Assembly (NCBI GenBank): GCA_048013815.1
Contig: CM106586.1
Coordinates: forward strand, 20,088,001 to 20,152,000
Direction: 5' to 3'
Length of the DNA: 64,000 bases
Source: Setoptus koraiensis
Taxonomy: Eukaryota; Animalia; Arthropoda
In this document: one piece after another, positions 11,323-24,058 of the stretch
How positions within the stretch are numbered: the first letter of the stretch is position 1
How the letters are laid out: every line of letters starts with the position of its first letter
Program-made: the position numbers and the translations under genes
The notes under the pieces: model-generated
Database searches by the model: none
What the model was told of the DNA's origin: nothing
Seen by the model: the letters and a program-made list of their open reading frames with translations, nothing else

Positions 11323-12045
11323 ATGGATCATCAAGATTATTTTCAGAAACAAACACCTATGTTTGTGATGCAGATGAACGGTTCATCTACGCAAAATCAT
11401 GACTCTAGCCAGGATGATTTATTTCACTCTTTGAATTTGGACAACAATATTCTCGTGGACGAAGATATCATAAGCACAAACCAATTTCAATCGAACGACA
11501 ATCTATTAACTTCTACTGTACCAGCGCCCACAAATACCAACACAGATTCTTGTGATGATCAAATGGGCCGCAGAAGTCCAATAGAAGAACACAACAAATC
11601 CGCTTTGAAATTTTCAGTATTTACAGCTGATTCCATACGATTGATAGCCGAAACGTCGGGTGTCACCGAACCTCCTCTAGAGGTTGTTACTTCACTAGCT
11701 GAAGATGCAACTTACAGGCTGAGACAAATAATCAATGATGCCATAAATTTTATGCGACATGCGAAACGCAATAAACTTAAATGTTCTGATATAAACGCCG
11801 CTTTAAAATGGTCTGACTGCCAACCAACATATGGTTATGAATGTCACCCAAACAAGGATCTCAAGTACAAATATATGGAACATGCGGAGGTGTTTGCATA
11901 CATTGATGAAGAAGTTGACCTATCCATTTTTTCAAGTGATACACACAACAGCCTACGCGATCAAAATTTAGGAAAGCAACCAATGCTCAGTAAAGAAACG
12001 ACTCTGGAACGAACCCCTAGAATTACAATAAACTGGCTTAGGTAG
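11323..12045 (+). CDS. TAF6L-like protein: histone fold plus short tail only (240 aa)
   Basis: SIRLIAETSG...LAEDATYRLRQII...FMRHAKRNKL...ALKWS...YGY is a TAF6-family histone fold; YRLR and ALKWS are closer to TAF6L (SAGA) than to TAF6. Confidence 0.75.
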   Translation: MDHQDYFQKQTPMFVMQMNGSSTQNHDSSQDDLFHSLNLDNNILVDEDIISTNQFQSNDNLLTSTVPAPTNTNTDSCDDQMGRRSPIEEHNKSALKFSVFTADSIRLIAETSGVTEPPLEVVTSLAEDATYRLRQIINDAINFMRHAKRNKLKCSDINAALKWSDCQPTYGYECHPNKDLKYKYMEHAEVFAYIDEEVDLSIFSSDTHNSLRDQNLGKQPMLSKETTLERTPRITINWLR

Positions 12046-12081
12046 ACTAATAGCAGTCGGTGAAAATGATCATCATGTGTT

Positions 12082-14376
12082 CTATTTTGTTTTGAATATA
12101 ATTGTGTTGAAACTCTCATCCAAGAGAGTTAGTTTCTTCACTAGTGTGTCCCCAAGTACTATATTTACAGATATTGAGTGTTTGTTGTTATTATAACATA
12201 CAACAACAACATATCCACTAGGAGTTAGAAAGGTCACAGAATCGAGCGGATAATCGTATCGATAATTTGTTAAATATTGTCCCACTCTGATGGACCCGGG
12301 TTCAACAAACCTACTGAAATGTCCTATAGCGTAATACATCGGACTTTTATAGTATTCGTTCCTATTCAGATTGACTATGATTGGTGAATCAACTGATTGT
12401 TATTGTTTGAAGTGATTGTTGAAGAGCGATAAAGATGTAGCTAGAAGTTACTCGACCAATCTCACAATAAACATAAGATTAAACGTAGCTTTTTCAAAAG
12501 TCAGACTGATACCCACGATTGTTTTTAGCCCAAGATGGTCCACCATCAGGGTCTAAAGCCATATTCCAGTCTATCCATCCTACGGAAGATTTATGCATCA
12601 TCTATTGTGGATAACCGGTGCATATAACGAGATTGTTTTTTACCTTATCTAGATGACTTAGAATACAGAAAAATCTCTATGATCAGTTTAACTTACATTA
12701 ACTATGTCCATCATATAAGAAACTCCTCGTTCCCAGTTACCTGGTTGAGCGTGCCTTTGAAATGGTAGATGACCGGTGCAAGCCTCTGTAGACAATATAA
12801 ATTTGTCAGGATAGTGCTCTGGAATGAAATTCAGATTTTCGTATTCATCATTCATGTACCAGTGTATGGCGACCCCGTCTACATATCTTGATGCGTCTGG
12901 ATCTTCAAATACTGCACGAACCCATTTAGGTGCATAACCTTTGTTGTCATCGAGAATCAAGAGTTTAGTACTGTTGAAACCCCTTCGTTCGAGTAAGGGA
13001 CCCAAATGTACTTTGATATATGTCACATAATCATCAATTGTAAAACCTAAAGAGTTATGGAAAATGAATGGTTTTATTCCAGTAACAGGTTCATTGAGTA
13101 CTGTGAGCCCCCAGAAGTCGATGCCCTGTTTCTTATAAGCCTCTAGAAATTTTACAGTTAATTCTGCTAGACCATGATAGTATGGACCGTAGACGTCTCC
13201 TTTAAGAAAACCATGAACGATATGGCTATTATTTTTCATCCAAACCGGCGGTGACCACATGGAAGCTAAGAATTTGACTATTCTTCCTCTGGCAAAGGAT
13301 TGCACTAATCTAGCTGTTGGTATTTTTTGCTCATAATCATCTTTAGTCAGATGAAAATTTCTCATATCCACATCATCATCTTCAGTAACGTTTTCTCGGG
13401 AGTAGACCTGATCATTGTTTGTATATGGTGTAGTTGAAAAATCGCTACTTCCTATCGACATTCTCACAAAGGTATACCTGAGTCCGTTATCGCCAAAATA
13501 ATCCTCTATAAGGCTCTTTGACACCTTACCTGAAAGACCTCTTATGTTCAGACATGTTGAGTCTGACAAGGCACCTCCGAATCCCATGATTGTTTGATAT
13601 TTACGATTTATATCAATTTTAATTGTTGTAATTAGGTCTTTTTCGCGATCTTCTTCATTTTTTTTCTTGTCGTCATCCAATTTGGTAGGGGTCGATTGCG
13701 TTGTGGTTGGCACATCAGTCTTGGCCTCCGTAGTGCGATCATCAGGTCGCTTAGTTGTTGTAGTGGGCCTTGTTGTAGGCTTGCGAGTTGGCTTAGGTTT
13801 AAATAAGTCAAATATATCGAAATTCAGACTACTATCGGGTTTATTACGGTTAGTTGGATTATCTTTGGAAGAATTGTAGTGTACTTGATGAAAACGCATC
13901 CCATGTTTAGTTGTCTGTACAATAGTTATCTGATTGTCATGTCCTGGCCAATCAAACTTCAGCTTATCACATTTGTCTTCAGTACATAGGACTGCATCTC
14001 GACTATCAAGCTTTGCTTGGTCGCATTCATCACTGAAAAATTTCGAGTATATCCAATTCACACCTGATTTGTAACGATGCCCTTCGGATTGATTTGAATA
14101 TTCTCTTCCGGGTACTTCCGGGTATTGATCAACACTTATACCGATGTCTGAGAGATCTTGATTTTCGATTTCTTTCGCCACTGAAGTCTCTTTGACTTTC
14201 AAGTCATCAACGGTGTAGTGCCATGTTCTAGGTTCATAGATCCAATCCTGATATTTCGACTGCTTGATTGGTTCTTCTTCACCACTCACAATCACAAGTA
14301 AAGTGTAGCTCACAGCCAATCTGATAGCCACAATTTTGAGCTTGTTGAGGTTGATTAAAGTGTGTCTCACAACCAT
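12082..14376 (-). CDS. GBA: Lysosomal-type glucosylceramidase (GH30), 3 exons, ~691 aa
   Basis: Exons 14376-12697, 12601-12517 and 12392-12082 with GT-AG introns of 95 and 124 nt join in frame. Motifs YQTIMGFGGA, SSDFS, TVLNEP (acid/base), STEAC (nucleophile), GWIDWN, DSPIIV and GHFSRFV. Confidence 0.95.
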
Positions 14377-15045
14377 CTGGACCTTGAATAAAGCGAATGG
14401 TGTATACTTGCTAAACAGGTAGTAGTTGCGAAAGAAGATTATCTCTCTCAAGACACAATTCAACGGTGTTGATTTTTGTAACTACTCTTTGTTTGATTAC
14501 ATTCGGACTCATTTCATTCATTTTATGATTTCTATGAGTTTTGACAATGTTGAATCGAGTTGAATCAGTGAATCGATACATAATGGAAGTTAGCCAATAG
14601 AAGTTCAGGCACAAATTATGACAAATCACGCACCGGATCAAAGACCCCAAGTGACGTCATACTAATGACTTTGCAAATCGAGTTTGGGGCTAAGTCATTA
14701 GCCTCAAACTCAATCCGCAAATCCTATACTTCGACTCCTACTCTAGGTGAATCCTTGCGAAACTGCTGACTTGATTGCCATCAACTGAAAAATGTATTTT
14801 ATCACCGGAATCACAGAGATAATTGGTGAGAAACTTGCCGACTCACTCTAGCAGAGAGACATGGATCGATGTTTTATTTGGTTTATTTTTCTTGGTGATA
14901 TGATGATTTTTGTCAGAATATCTCAAAGTCTGAGATGCCAACGATAGGAGTACAAGTCGATAGTCATACTAAAATTCAAATAGAGCCGATAGTTGAAAAT
15001 TAGTTTGTACAATGTATATTTGTAGATTAAGTGCAAGTCACCAGT

Positions 15046-16881
15046 TCAACCCTCATCGCCTAGATCCTCAGAGCTCTCTTCAGTTAAATTGTGTGAGTTC
15101 TTCTCATCACATTCTGTAGGCCGAAAGGCCAGAAACGTCAGTATATCTGATAATGATATTATACCCTTGACTTTGTCCTCATCATCGACCACAACTATTC
15201 GGTGGACCTCTGCCCTAACTATTCGATGTATTATAGTTCCCAAAGTTTCATCAATTTTACATTTAACAACACCCTCACACCAATTGTTGTGCCGTTCAAT
15301 AGCCCGACCCACGGTCAATGATAGATTATTATACGTTTTTTCGGCAGCCATGTTGATTACATCGTGCTTGGCAAATATATCGATAACTTTATCAGTCTTT
15401 TCGTCCACCACTGGCAGAGCGGATATTCTCCTCTCAATGAATTTATCGAGGGCAGTAATGGCAAGAGAGTTTCTGGTCGTTGTAGCTATCGAATCATATG
15501 TACCGATTTTGAGTTCACGTAAAGTTCTGAACAAAAAACCTGGCTGAGGCAATTCATGGTAGAATAAAAACAAAAACTTCAAGATCCTCTTATGAGTCAA
15601 TATGTACAACACATTTCCTGATTCTGGGTCAATAATCGGTAATCTGTGTACTTTGTTTTGTGTCAGAGTTTGTATCGCATCCATCAAGCTAGTGAGAAGA
15701 AAGAAAGATGCAAAATGATTGAAAATTTCCGCTTTCTTCGGAGAGGCTTCTTCGTGATGATTTATCTTGATCAAAATACTAACCAGCAGTCTGGCCCTAT
15801 GCTGACCAGGGGTCCCACTTCCTTGTGTAATAAGGCTGAAAGAACAAGTATGTATGCTATATTAGTATGTGTCGTTAAGAACGATCTAACACGTGTTTGG
15901 AAAAAAGTTTTTTAACGCTCATCTTACATCTCCAAACTTCGATCTTTTGATCTTCGACATCTTCCAGTTTTATTGTTGGAGATTTGTGATATGTCCTTAT
16001 AATGTTAATGAAATCCGTAATAGAGAGCATCCCCACAAATTTTTGTGCTGCACTATCCCATAAAGGGGCCGCTCTACAACCTGTTGAACAGAAACATCAT
16101 TATACTAGTATAGTCAGATGGAGAACATAGTGTGAGCGGAAATTGTTTTAAGGTGGAAATCAACGAAACTAACGTACCATTGTTTATGAGAGCATGAAAG
16201 GCTTTCTTTACTAGTATTTGGGTGTCTAGCACTACTAATCTGGCACTGCCGGGTATGAGGTCGTAACAGCGGCGTTTGTTGAAAAAGTTGACGTAAATAA
16301 GGTTGATGTCATCTATTGTGATAAGAGAGGAATGAGGGTATAAAACATCAGTAGCTATCTTGAGTGAGATATTTTGCATTTTTCCGAATACAATCTCATT
16401 TACCTTGGTAAGAAGAAGATGTTCCAAACGAGTTAGGTATAGAGTGAGAGCGTTGGCCTCTGATTAATTCAATGACACTGAGGATGAGTATAGTAGACAA
16501 GAAGGTTAGTTTTGAAAATAATATACGCTATAGCTTAATATAGTAGTGATTTTGTTTATATCAAACGCACCTTTTGTGGACTGGTGCGCTACCGTTGGCC
16601 GAGCTACTGTAGGAACGAGGTCTAGCGCTGACTGGACTAGGACTATCACTATTGGCATTATTAGTATCACCATGACTATCTTCATTTTGTATCTGACTAT
16701 AGCTCAAGTCTGATCCTGGTGAATTTGATTGGTGCTTGTTACCACTGTTTGTCAGCATTTGCATTGAATGTTTAATTGTGGAAAGAAGATTACTAGCTCG
16801 TCTGCCGGCCTTACTCTCTGATTTTGATCTTGGCCGAGAGCAACCCTCAGCAGAATCATCATCATCAATAACAGGATCCAT
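15046..16881 (-). CDS. PRKAG: AMP-activated protein kinase gamma subunit (SNF4A-gamma), 6 exons, ~449 aa
   Basis: Exons 16881-16571, 16459-16404, 16312-16178, 16080-15928, 15835-15784 and 15688-15046 are all GT-AG and phase-compatible. CBS motifs CYDLIP, RAAPLWDS, HRLPIIDP, ISALPVVD and VHRIVVVD. Confidence 0.95.
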
Positions 16882-17325
16882 ATCACTTGTTGTTGTTGTT
16901 GCTGGTGATGCTGTTGTTGTTATCGTTGATGTTTTTAGCTAGTACACATATCCGGCAATTGAGGACAAAATCTTAATCTGTGATAGAGTCAAAGCTACCA
17001 CTTGATGATGATCAAGTGCATGTAAATAACAATATAACAGGACCTAATGGTTATGAAAACACCATATGAGAAAGCATCATGATGATAGAGAGAGAGAGAG
17101 AGCAACACAGAGCCGAATCTAAAGGGTGGCCGCAAATGGTTAGCGTTTTGAATTGATAAGCCTACGCCTAGCTTACACACAGCGAATTATATTCACTTGA
17201 ATACTGCATCCAGCAGTGGTGTGTTAGCAGCTGTTTTGTAAACAACAATAAATAAAGCTCCCGTTTTGAACCTAACTATAATATTATCATTATTATTAAT
17301 CCATCATCAATTATTTATCCTCAAT

Positions 17326-17887
17326 ATGATGCACTTTATGCTTTTGTTTAGCCGCCAAGGCAAATTGAGGCTTCAGAAATGGTTTACAGCCTATCCGGAT
17401 AAGCAGAAAAAGAAAATTGTCCGGGAGCTGGTTGGTCTCATACTGGCGAGAAAACCTAAAATGTGTGCCTTCCTCGAATGGAAAGACCTAAAGATTGTTT
17501 ATAAAAGATATGCAAGTTTATATTTTATGGCTGCAATTGAAAACCAAGACAATCAGTTGCTCACTCTGGAAGTCATCCATCGCTATGTTGAAGTATTGGA
17601 CAAGTACTTTGGAAGCGTAAGTTTTTTACCATCTTCATTTGATCTCATAGCCACTCCTTTTGATTCAATGCCCTAATTTCTAGAATTTACAATCATTCTT
17701 TCAGGTTTGCGAGCTCGACATCATATTCAACTTTGAAAAGGCCTACTTCATATTAGACGAGCTGGTGCTCGGTGGAGAAATTCAGGAGACTAGTAAAAAG
17801 AGTATTTATAAAGTAATATCTTCGCAAGATATCCTCCAAGAGGAAGAGACACCCCAGAGTTTCTTTGACGAATACGGACTGGGCTAA
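17326..17887 (+). CDS. AP1S: AP-1 adaptor sigma subunit, 2 exons, 157 aa
   Basis: Exons 17326-17616 and 17705-17887 (88-nt GT-AG intron). [25 protein letters not shown] and GS|[19 protein letters not shown]. Confidence 0.96.
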
Positions 17888-19053
17888 TAAAAGCGTATAC
17901 TTTGTAGAACAAACGAGAATTTTGCCTTAACATTTCCAGCAGTCATATTTTGTTAACTTATTGCCAGATAGATTCTCATCGGAAGCTCTAATAAAAGATC
18001 TCTTCATCAGGAACTGGATGACTTTTTCAAAAGGATCCTGATCGGACTTGATTTCTATTGTCGCACCACCGTAGACTGATTAAAGTGGGCTTGGGAGAGT
18101 TATCTATCGATCTCGAACTATCTCGGTCCCGTGAAGTTCAACTGATTTCTAGTAGAAAAGTCTACTGCAACCGCAAGTTTTGCTCAAACTGATTCTATCG
18201 AAGATTTTCGTTGATCCTGGTTGAAATTTTATCTCAATCATCATAAACTCTGAAAGAGGGTGATTAGAGTTTGATTTTTGGCATTCGGCCCAAACATTTT
18301 ATTGCAAGTTGCGACATTGCTAATCTCAGATCTGAGAACTTCTTCATTCTTTCCAAGCAAAAGACTTCAACCGCTAGAAATTAAAATTAGTGAATGTTCA
18401 TGGCTGCCAGAGGAAAGGAGTGAATTCCGGCTGATACGCCCAATGACTCAATGTTAATCAGATATTTAGAGAATAAAATTTCGAAAAGTACAATGAGGCT
18501 TTTCCATATTGTTATTATGCCGCTGGCAGCGCGAAATTCAGTCCGGCGTTGTGGAAAAAAGCTGCGCCATTAATTGTAATCTGATGAAAAGCGCGCACAC
18601 GGCTGCGCATTATTCACCAAATGTTCACATACTCAACGTGAATACTTTGGCCGCGGAAATCCTGCTGACGAGATTCACCGTGTCAGTATCCGATTTAGCA
18701 CCGGGCACAGGCAGCGCATAGAATCTGTAGAGAACTGGACGAACATCTGACAAGTACTGTGTGAGTATTAATTCACCAGTGAACACGTTGTGAATATTCA
18801 CATGAGAACAATATTTTCGGCACAACCCAGGAGCACAGCAACATGAAAGCGATTGGGATCCTGCATTGAACTTGATACAATTCAGTGGGTGAAGAGATTT
18901 TATTTACTGTTTGCGTTTGCCACGGTGTGTGCAAAATGTCAATTATTTTATTTATGCCGTGTCAGAGAAAAAATAAATTTATCCTTCCACTATTCTATGC
19001 TTATTATTATCAACTCTGGTGCAAGTTGTATTTGAGGCTCTAATAATAAAATT

Positions 19054-20097
19054 ATGAGCTCCGATTTAGACAGACAAATTGAGCAATTGCGGCGTTGTGA
19101 GATTATTACAGAAAGTGAGGTCAAAGCATTATGCGCTAAGGCTAGGGAAATTCTAATTGAGGAATCCAATGTACAACGTGTTGATGCCCCTGTAACTGTA
19201 AGTAAATTCCACGAATAAATGTAAGCATGTAATCTTTCCTTCTATCAATATAATCATCATCATCTCATTTATCCGTTTATATTCATGTCAAACATTATTA
19301 TTATATTGCCTCGTTTCTTCCAGGTTTGTGGTGATATACATGGCCAGTTTTATGACCTTAAAGAACTTTTCAAAAGTGGAGGCGATGTTCCAAACACCAG
19401 TTATCTGTTCATGGGTGATTTTGTTGATCGAGGCTTCTATTCAGTGGAGACATTTCTTTTGCTACTTGCGCTCAAAGTAAGATACCCCGATCGTATAACA
19501 CTTATTAGAGGAAATCACGAAAGTAGGCAGATTACTCAAGTTTATGGATTTTATGATGAATGTATTAGAAAATATGGATCTATAACTGTTTGGCGTTACT
19601 GTACGGAAATATTTGATTACCTTAGTCTGTCCGCCATTATTAATGGGCGCATATTTTGTGTTCACGGCGGACTGTCTCCCTCGATAGAGAAATTGGATCA
19701 GATAAGAGTAATAGATAGAAAACAAGAAGTACCTCACGATGGGCCTATGTGTGATCTATTATGGTCGGATCCTGAAGATTCTAGCGGTTGGAATGTCAGT
19801 CCAAGAGGTGCCGGATATCTCTTTGGTAGTGACGTTGTAGCCGCTTTCAATTCAACAAATAATTTAGACATGATTTGTAGAGCACATCAACTTGTGATGG
19901 AAGGCTACAAATGGCACTTCGACGAGACAGTTCTCACTGTCTGGTCAGCACCCAATTATTGCTATAGATGCGGTAATGTTGCCGCAATTCTACATTTGAA
20001 TGATAACCTTAAAAGAGATTTTACTATATTTGATGCCGCACCCCAAGAACAGCGCGGTATACCATCTAAAAAGCCACAACCTGATTATTTTCTGTAA
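19054..20097 (+). CDS. PPP4C: Protein phosphatase 4 catalytic subunit, 2 exons, 305 aa
   Basis: Exons 19054-19197 and 19324-20097 (126-nt intron). [14 protein letters not shown] start, GDIHGQ, GDFVDRG, RGNHE and C-terminal DYFL. Confidence 0.96.
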
Positions 20098-20329
20098 ATA
20101 AAAACTTTAACCAACATTCACAACAAACCAAAAATTATGCATCGATATTAAAAAACCTAAAAGCATGATGACACACAGTAATTCTTCCCTATGCTGCTTT
20201 AAATTTTTTAAGATTTTCGTATTCACCTATCAAGCGGAATACAGATTACTACATAATATTTAAAGATAATTAAGCTAACAATATCTTATGAACTAATAAT
20301 TTTGAGGTTAGTTTGATGCATAGCTCCAT

Positions 20330-20572
20330 TTATTCGGCAGCCTCCTTCTCGGCTAGCCTCTTTGCACGCATGATGTACCACTTGTTTGGAATAGCACCAC
20401 CCCTGTAATCGGGTAAGTGAAGTAGTGTCCAAGCTGGGAAGGCCATAATGCCGATAAACATGAAACATCCCCAGAAATTCTTCTCCCACCTTGGTATCTT
20501 AGTGAAAGGTGGGGTAACTTGAATTAGTTCCTTTCTCGGCTTCAATGTGCTAACGGTAAGATCGCGAACCAT
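20330..20572 (-). CDS. COX8: Cytochrome c oxidase subunit 8-like protein (80 aa)
   Basis: TPPFTKIPRWEK - single TM helix - PAWTLLHLPDYRG resembles invertebrate COX8 (PP..I...EK...PAWVL.H...Y.G). Confidence 0.6.
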   Translation of the reverse strand: MVRDLTVSTLKPRKELIQVTPPFTKIPRWEKNFWGCFMFIGIMAFPAWTLLHLPDYRGGAIPNKWYIMRAKRLAEKEAAE

Positions 20573-21518
20573 GATTATCCAAATTGTTGACTAACAACGG
20601 CGATGAATTGATTATTGTGCAATTACCTTGATAAATTATCGTATAATAATAATAGCGTTGCAATAACAACTACTTTTATACCACCCTAAGTAGATGATAG
20701 TATATTTTGTTTGTGAACAAATATCAATTTGACCTACGGAGATCATGTGAGAGATGCCTCACAATGTGAATCGAGACGCTCCATCTCTCACCTTTTCACT
20801 CTCATAAGTTTCTCATGTAGAGGTCGCTTTCGCACTTGAATTGATGGTAAGTGAAATACAGTACAGACTCTATGCGAGGACTCGATAACTACTGTCTAGT
20901 TTGAGTTACTACACCCAGGGACCGCCAAATGTATTTCAAGAGCCGTTCGCTTCGGTTCAAAAAGCGACCTCTAGGTCTGCAGAATAAGAAATAAAAATGG
21001 TCAGAGATCAGTGTGACCCTTTGGACGATGTTGAACACAAAATAATTTGATACTCCAAGAGCATGTGCGAGAAATGAAGCGCTCGATTTGAACGCATTCC
21101 GTCCCGCAATTGACGCGCCAACTGAGATAAACGATCAGCTTTACGCACAACTCGCACCAACATCGATTACGAGCGCAGAATGAACAGAATCCACTGGTAC
21201 AGATGGAGCTACTTATGTTATAATGAAAGATTCGCGCGATACCCAACACTTCATTACAGCAGACTAATCTCCTGTGCTAGAAACTTCTCGAAACAACAAC
21301 AAACAACTTGACACAACTTGCAATGACCGCATTATTTACGTTTCGTCGCACTATTTTCAGAACTAATTGTTAATTAGCAAAATAACTCGTTTTATCAAAT
21401 TTAAGGAGAAAAATGGTCAACAAAGTTATCGTGTAAACTGTTGGGTGCAGTTGCCGATGAATTTTCAAGACATGTAAGAATTTAATTCACAATTGCTCAA
21501 CATTACCCCAGCACCATA

Positions 21519-22391
21519 ATGGACTCATTCTCAGAGAAACAATACAAGTTGTTCGCTGTAGACTTGCATGAGAGCTTTATAAAAGCGGGATTCACTGTCC
21601 TAATTGAGCCATATATTGACATCACCTTACCTGGATTCAAATCAAGTTATTTGAAAAATCAACTCTTACGTAAGCCCACGAGATACAGCGATGGAGTTCA
21701 GAAAAGTTTTGTTCACGTGACTGGTTTGCCGGTGGGAATCAGCGGGAACAAAATGATAGTTCTCGCTCGCATTCAATTGCACCCTGAAAACATTTGCATG
21801 CAAGAAGTCTTCAAAATGAAGGTAAATTTTGAAGGAACTGGACTGCCCAACATGAGTTCCTCCCCAGGCGCAAGCTATGACAACCATCATAGAGATGTAA
21901 TTCTCGATATTGATTTGGATAGATTCGTACTGAATATTCTCGAGTCCTTGTCACCAGGTCTAATACAACTTCCAACGGAGCTCAAATTAGAGATTCTGAA
22001 GAAAATGAGCATTCAATCTATAATGGAAATGTCTAAAGTCAACAGTGAATTCAGGAGGCTCATATACTACGAGGACACATTATGGCGCTATTTGTGTCGA
22101 CGCGACTTCAAGTTGACCATTCTCAATAGGAAGGTGCACGCTACCTGGTTGGAGCTTTATAAAGATCGTTACATCAAGTACCTAGAACAGTTGGTACAAA
22201 ATGGCAGAGCCCTGCCTCCGACCCCCATCATTCCAGCACTTCCACCTGCTCCCAACTATTTACCAATAGCGTGGATTCAAGAAGAGTTAGAACCTATCTT
22301 CCCACTCGATGTCGTAGACCATCAAATCAATCAAGTGGATGTCTATGAAAGAAGGAGAAGTATAGAAAGTCTGGACAATATCATGTTATGA
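21519..22391 (+). CDS. F-box protein, FBXO7/Nutcracker-like (290 aa)
   Basis: LHESFIKAGF resembles the start of an FP (Fbxo7/PI31) domain. F-box LPTELKLEILKKM...LWRYLCRRDF and a Pro-rich C-terminus follow. Confidence 0.7.
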   Translation: MDSFSEKQYKLFAVDLHESFIKAGFTVLIEPYIDITLPGFKSSYLKNQLLRKPTRYSDGVQKSFVHVTGLPVGISGNKMIVLARIQLHPENICMQEVFKMKVNFEGTGLPNMSSSPGASYDNHHRDVILDIDLDRFVLNILESLSPGLIQLPTELKLEILKKMSIQSIMEMSKVNSEFRRLIYYEDTLWRYLCRRDFKLTILNRKVHATWLELYKDRYIKYLEQLVQNGRALPPTPIIPALPPAPNYLPIAWIQEELEPIFPLDVVDHQINQVDVYERRRSIESLDNIML

Positions 22392-22828
22392 TAAATTTAA
22401 TAGAAGCCGTATACAGAGACTGTTACCGACTGTGTTTAAGACCTATATCAGGATATTTAGAAAGCAAGTCATAGATAAGTTTTCTCTTTCGCTGCATTGG
22501 ATCATTCTACAATCAACACAATAATTTAAATACTGCAATCAAATTAGACCTACAGCAATAGAATAGACAAGCGTATCAATCAACTTGCTTAAAATTGAGA
22601 ACAATCAACAAATGATATAATATGATGTTAAAAACTCAAATCCTCTTGTCCTATCGACTAGATTATAAATATGTGACGAACAAGCGATGTTGACAGACAT
22701 AAATAATTAATTCAATCATATTACCATCAGTTTCTTGTTCATGATAGATAATGTAACTATGGAACAATGTACCATGATTGAGGAATAAATTTATCTGTCT
22801 ACAATGATGATTTCTCTGTAGTTACGCA

Positions 22829-24058
22829 CTAATGATTAGCTAATATGCCTTTGCCTTTTAGTCGATCTCTATCCTCACTGTTCTTCAAAACTTCTCTATT
22901 TTTTAGATCTTCAAGTAGCCTGGTCACAACTTTTTCCATGTTTCTATCAATAGCTAAGCATCTCTTGAAGTCCTTCTTAGCATTATTAAGGTTCCATGCT
23001 CCAGCGTGAGCTTTAGCTCGCCTGTTCACAGAAGAAAAAAGATGTTTTATTGTTGGGGTGTGAGATTACAGTTTCAGTATAACTAAGTATGTCTTAGTTT
23101 ATTGTTTAGGTCGTATATCTGAGTCGAAACTTTACCTAAAGAGCGCCTTTACATTGGTTGGATCCCGATTGAGAACTTTATCTGCATTCTTGATGCAATC
23201 GTAATAGTCACCCTGGATTAGTTTGATCTGAGCTAAATTTAACAAAAATGGGATCTTCATATTATCTAATTTGATCCAGTCATCATCTCCGGCCTTTTCT
23301 TTGAGCATCAGTGAGTCAATGACGCCTAAACCTGATAATATAATAAGAGACGGATTAGTTGTTGACATTGACAGTACGACAATCAGTTCATGACATCATT
23401 TAAATAACTCGAGCTAAAATATTAACACTATATTACCTTTATCATAGCAATTTACTGCACGATCGTAACTACATTCTTTGTAATACTGATTGCCTTGTTC
23501 TCTCAAAATGGACAATATGTCCAATTTCTCTTGGTCACTCATTTGCCATATTTCTTTCTGATAGTCTTCCGGTGGTTGAATAGAGATCAATTCAAATGTA
23601 AACTCAAATATTTCCGGAGGATTCTTGACCAAGTCATTCAAGTCCTCATATGGAGAATCTTGTATTGTCATACAGCACATATTAACGCCATTGATTTCGC
23701 CATCGTGGTTACAACGATCAGGTTTGATACCGCAATGTTTGCGAAAACACTTTGAGACAACGACGTAGTTGAGACATATGAAATGGGTGACAGGATCATC
23801 ACGAATGGTCAACCTGCAGACCTCGCCCACCCTCATTGACCTGAGACAGGATTCCCAAATTGGTAGTTTAAATTGTTTACCATAGATTGTCTCCATTGGT
23901 CTATCATACATGTCGCGACTATCCTCCACTAAGAATGGCCTGCCTCCTAACTCCCTCATAACGACAGTTCTATAGTGGTAACTTAACTTGGTGTCCGGTC
24001 CAATAGGTCCCGGGTCTGTTTTACCAGGATAAATAATTTCTCGCTTCAAGATGGACAT
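22829..24058 (-). CDS. AIP: AIP (AH receptor-interacting protein; FKBP-like plus TPR), 3 exons, ~336 aa
   Basis: Exons 24058-23437, 23331-23136 and 23021-22829 (GT-AG introns of 105 and 114 nt). GKQFKLPIWE, YQKEIWQMS, LREQGNQYY, PFLLNLAQ and NVKALFR|RAKAHAGAWN. Confidence 0.93.

Noticed and set aside
1-12045. Functional cluster of chromatin genes (SAP30, shadow-only HP1, RAD21, TAF6L)
   Set aside because: They are interspersed with unrelated genes, and such neighbours are expected by chance in a gene-dense genome.
18581-18750. CTGATGA...CTGA as a hammerhead ribozyme or C/D snoRNA
   Set aside because: There is no stem II plus GAAA core, no terminal stem, and no guide complementarity I can recognise.
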